Shown here: piece by piece, positions 9,001-9,662 of the stretch | Position numbering within the stretch: position 1 is the first letter of the stretch | Layout: every line of letters starts with the position of its first letter | DNA from: Paraspadella gotoi | Taxonomy: Eukaryota > Animalia > Chaetognatha | Assembly (NCBI GenBank): GCA_051294375.1 | Contig: CM119264.1 | Location: 21,536,580 to 21,546,241, forward strand | Direction: 5' to 3' | Length of the DNA: 9,662 nucleotides | Translations under genes and position numbers: made by a program | Notes under the pieces: model-generated | What the model was told of the DNA's origin: nothing | Database searches by the model: none | What the model saw: the letters and a program-made list of their open reading frames with translations, nothing else

Positions 9001-9662
9001 CCAATGTAAAAAGAGATAAAAACGTTAAATACAACGGCAGACAACATTTCCTATCTAAAAAGAGATAAAAACGTTAAAAACACCAGCAAACGATTTTTCA
9101 AAGAGATAAAAACTTTAAAAACAAAGTAAAAAGAGATAAAAACGTAGAAAACACCGGCAAACGATTTTTTCAATTTAAAAACGTTAAAAACTTCGTCAAA
9201 CAACTTTTCCAATGTAAAAAGAGATAAAAACGTCAAAAACACCCGAAAACGACTTTTCCAATGTCAATAAAGATAAAAATGTTAAAAACACCGAAAAACG
9301 TCTTTTCCATTGTGAAAAAGAATAAAAACGTTGAAAACACCAGAAAACAATTTCTTCAATGTAAAAAGAGATAAAAACTTTAAAAACAAAGAAAAACGCT
9401 TTTTCCAATGTAAAAAGAGATAAAAACGTAGAAAATACCGGAAAATGATATTTTCAAAGAAAAAAGAAATAAAAACTTCTGCAAACAACTTTTTCAAAAT
9501 AAAAATAAATAAAAAGGTTTAAAACAACGTCAAACAACTTTTTGATTGTATAAAGAGATAAAAACGTTAAAAACACTAGAAAACGACTTTTCTTTTGTAG
9601 AATAAGATAAAAACGTTAAACATACCGGAAAACGACTTTTTCCTAGTAAAAAAAAAGTGAAA
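9001..9662 (+). repeat. Higher-order block, paralogous to 6561-7195; 9405-9662 also matches the window start
   Basis: Same markers as block 6561-7195; gattgtataaagaga at 9544; ends in tcctagtaaaaaaaaagtgaaa, like 7174-7193 and 187-206. Confidence 0.88.

Larger units (their letters stand above)
1..9662 (+). repeat. Tandem satellite DNA array, ~49-bp A-rich monomer, ~195-200 diverged head-to-tail copies, running off both window ends
   Basis: Monomer read directly, e.g. ccaatgt at 2108 and the next cctatgt at 2157 (49 bp). The core tgtaaaaagagataaaaacgttaaaaac recurs throughout, with no unique sequence longer than ~20 nt and no inverted copies seen. Copy number is estimated from non-N length divided by ~48. 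Confidence 0.97.

Noticed and set aside
588-9497. About 30 minus-strand F/L/K-rich ORFs (60-130 aa) resembling small membrane proteins
   Set aside because: They are translations of the T-rich strand of the satellite. Because 49 is not a multiple of 3, the peptides cycle through the three frames (FLTFLSLFTLEK / VFNVFISFYIGK / FLRFYLFLHWK). They read through mainly where variants such as cgtag or cgttg, or indels, remove or shift the tta (TAA) stop. They overlap in several frames, paralogous copies are not frame-conserved, and some span N gaps.
1-9662. CRISPR-like array (conserved ~35-nt part plus variable ~14-nt part)
   Set aside because: The variable parts are homologous to each other and recur many times rather than being unique spacers. 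The conserved part is itself variable, and there is no leader or cas gene.
1-9662. Silent cassette library for antigenic variation, guide-RNA array or diversity-generating system
   Set aside because: There is no expression locus, constant reading frame, promoter, recombinase or reverse transcriptase in the window. The variation pattern (point changes, slippage indels, block duplications) fits ordinary satellite turnover.
1-9662. Poly(A) signals (aataaa), TATA or -10-like boxes, GATA (agataa) sites, iteron-type origin
   Set aside because: These motifs arise automatically in every monomer of an A-rich repeat. There is no gene or Rep ORF context, so no individual site can be supported.
1-9662. 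Transposon, MITE or telomeric repeat
   Set aside because: No terminal inverted repeats, target-site duplications, coding remnants or short G-rich telomere units are seen. The array ends lie outside the window, so an origin inside a mobile element cannot be tested.

Overview
The whole 9662-nt window is one head-to-tail tandem array (satellite DNA) of an A-rich monomer of about 49 bp, consensus by eye ccaatgtaaaaagagataaaaacgttaaaaacaccggcaaacgactttt (16/49 G+C, 24/49 A). There are roughly 195-200 diverged copies, all in the same orientation, interrupted only by two assembly gaps (7809-7973, 165 N; 8673-8682, 10 N). I find no credible gene, RNA gene, CRISPR array or transposon; the ORF track is explained by translation of the repeat. 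The interesting structure is inside the array: ~10-bp phased A-tracts, recognisable monomer subtypes that follow each other in a conserved order (a loose ~6-monomer, ~290-bp higher-order unit plus two alternative modules), a patchwork of 0.1-1 kb block duplications at irregular offsets, recurrent ~9-12 nt indels, short dyad symmetries and frequent CpG-type transitions. It most resembles a satellite block from a draft eukaryotic assembly (inference; organism not identifiable). I cannot support a new protein- or RNA-based system here.
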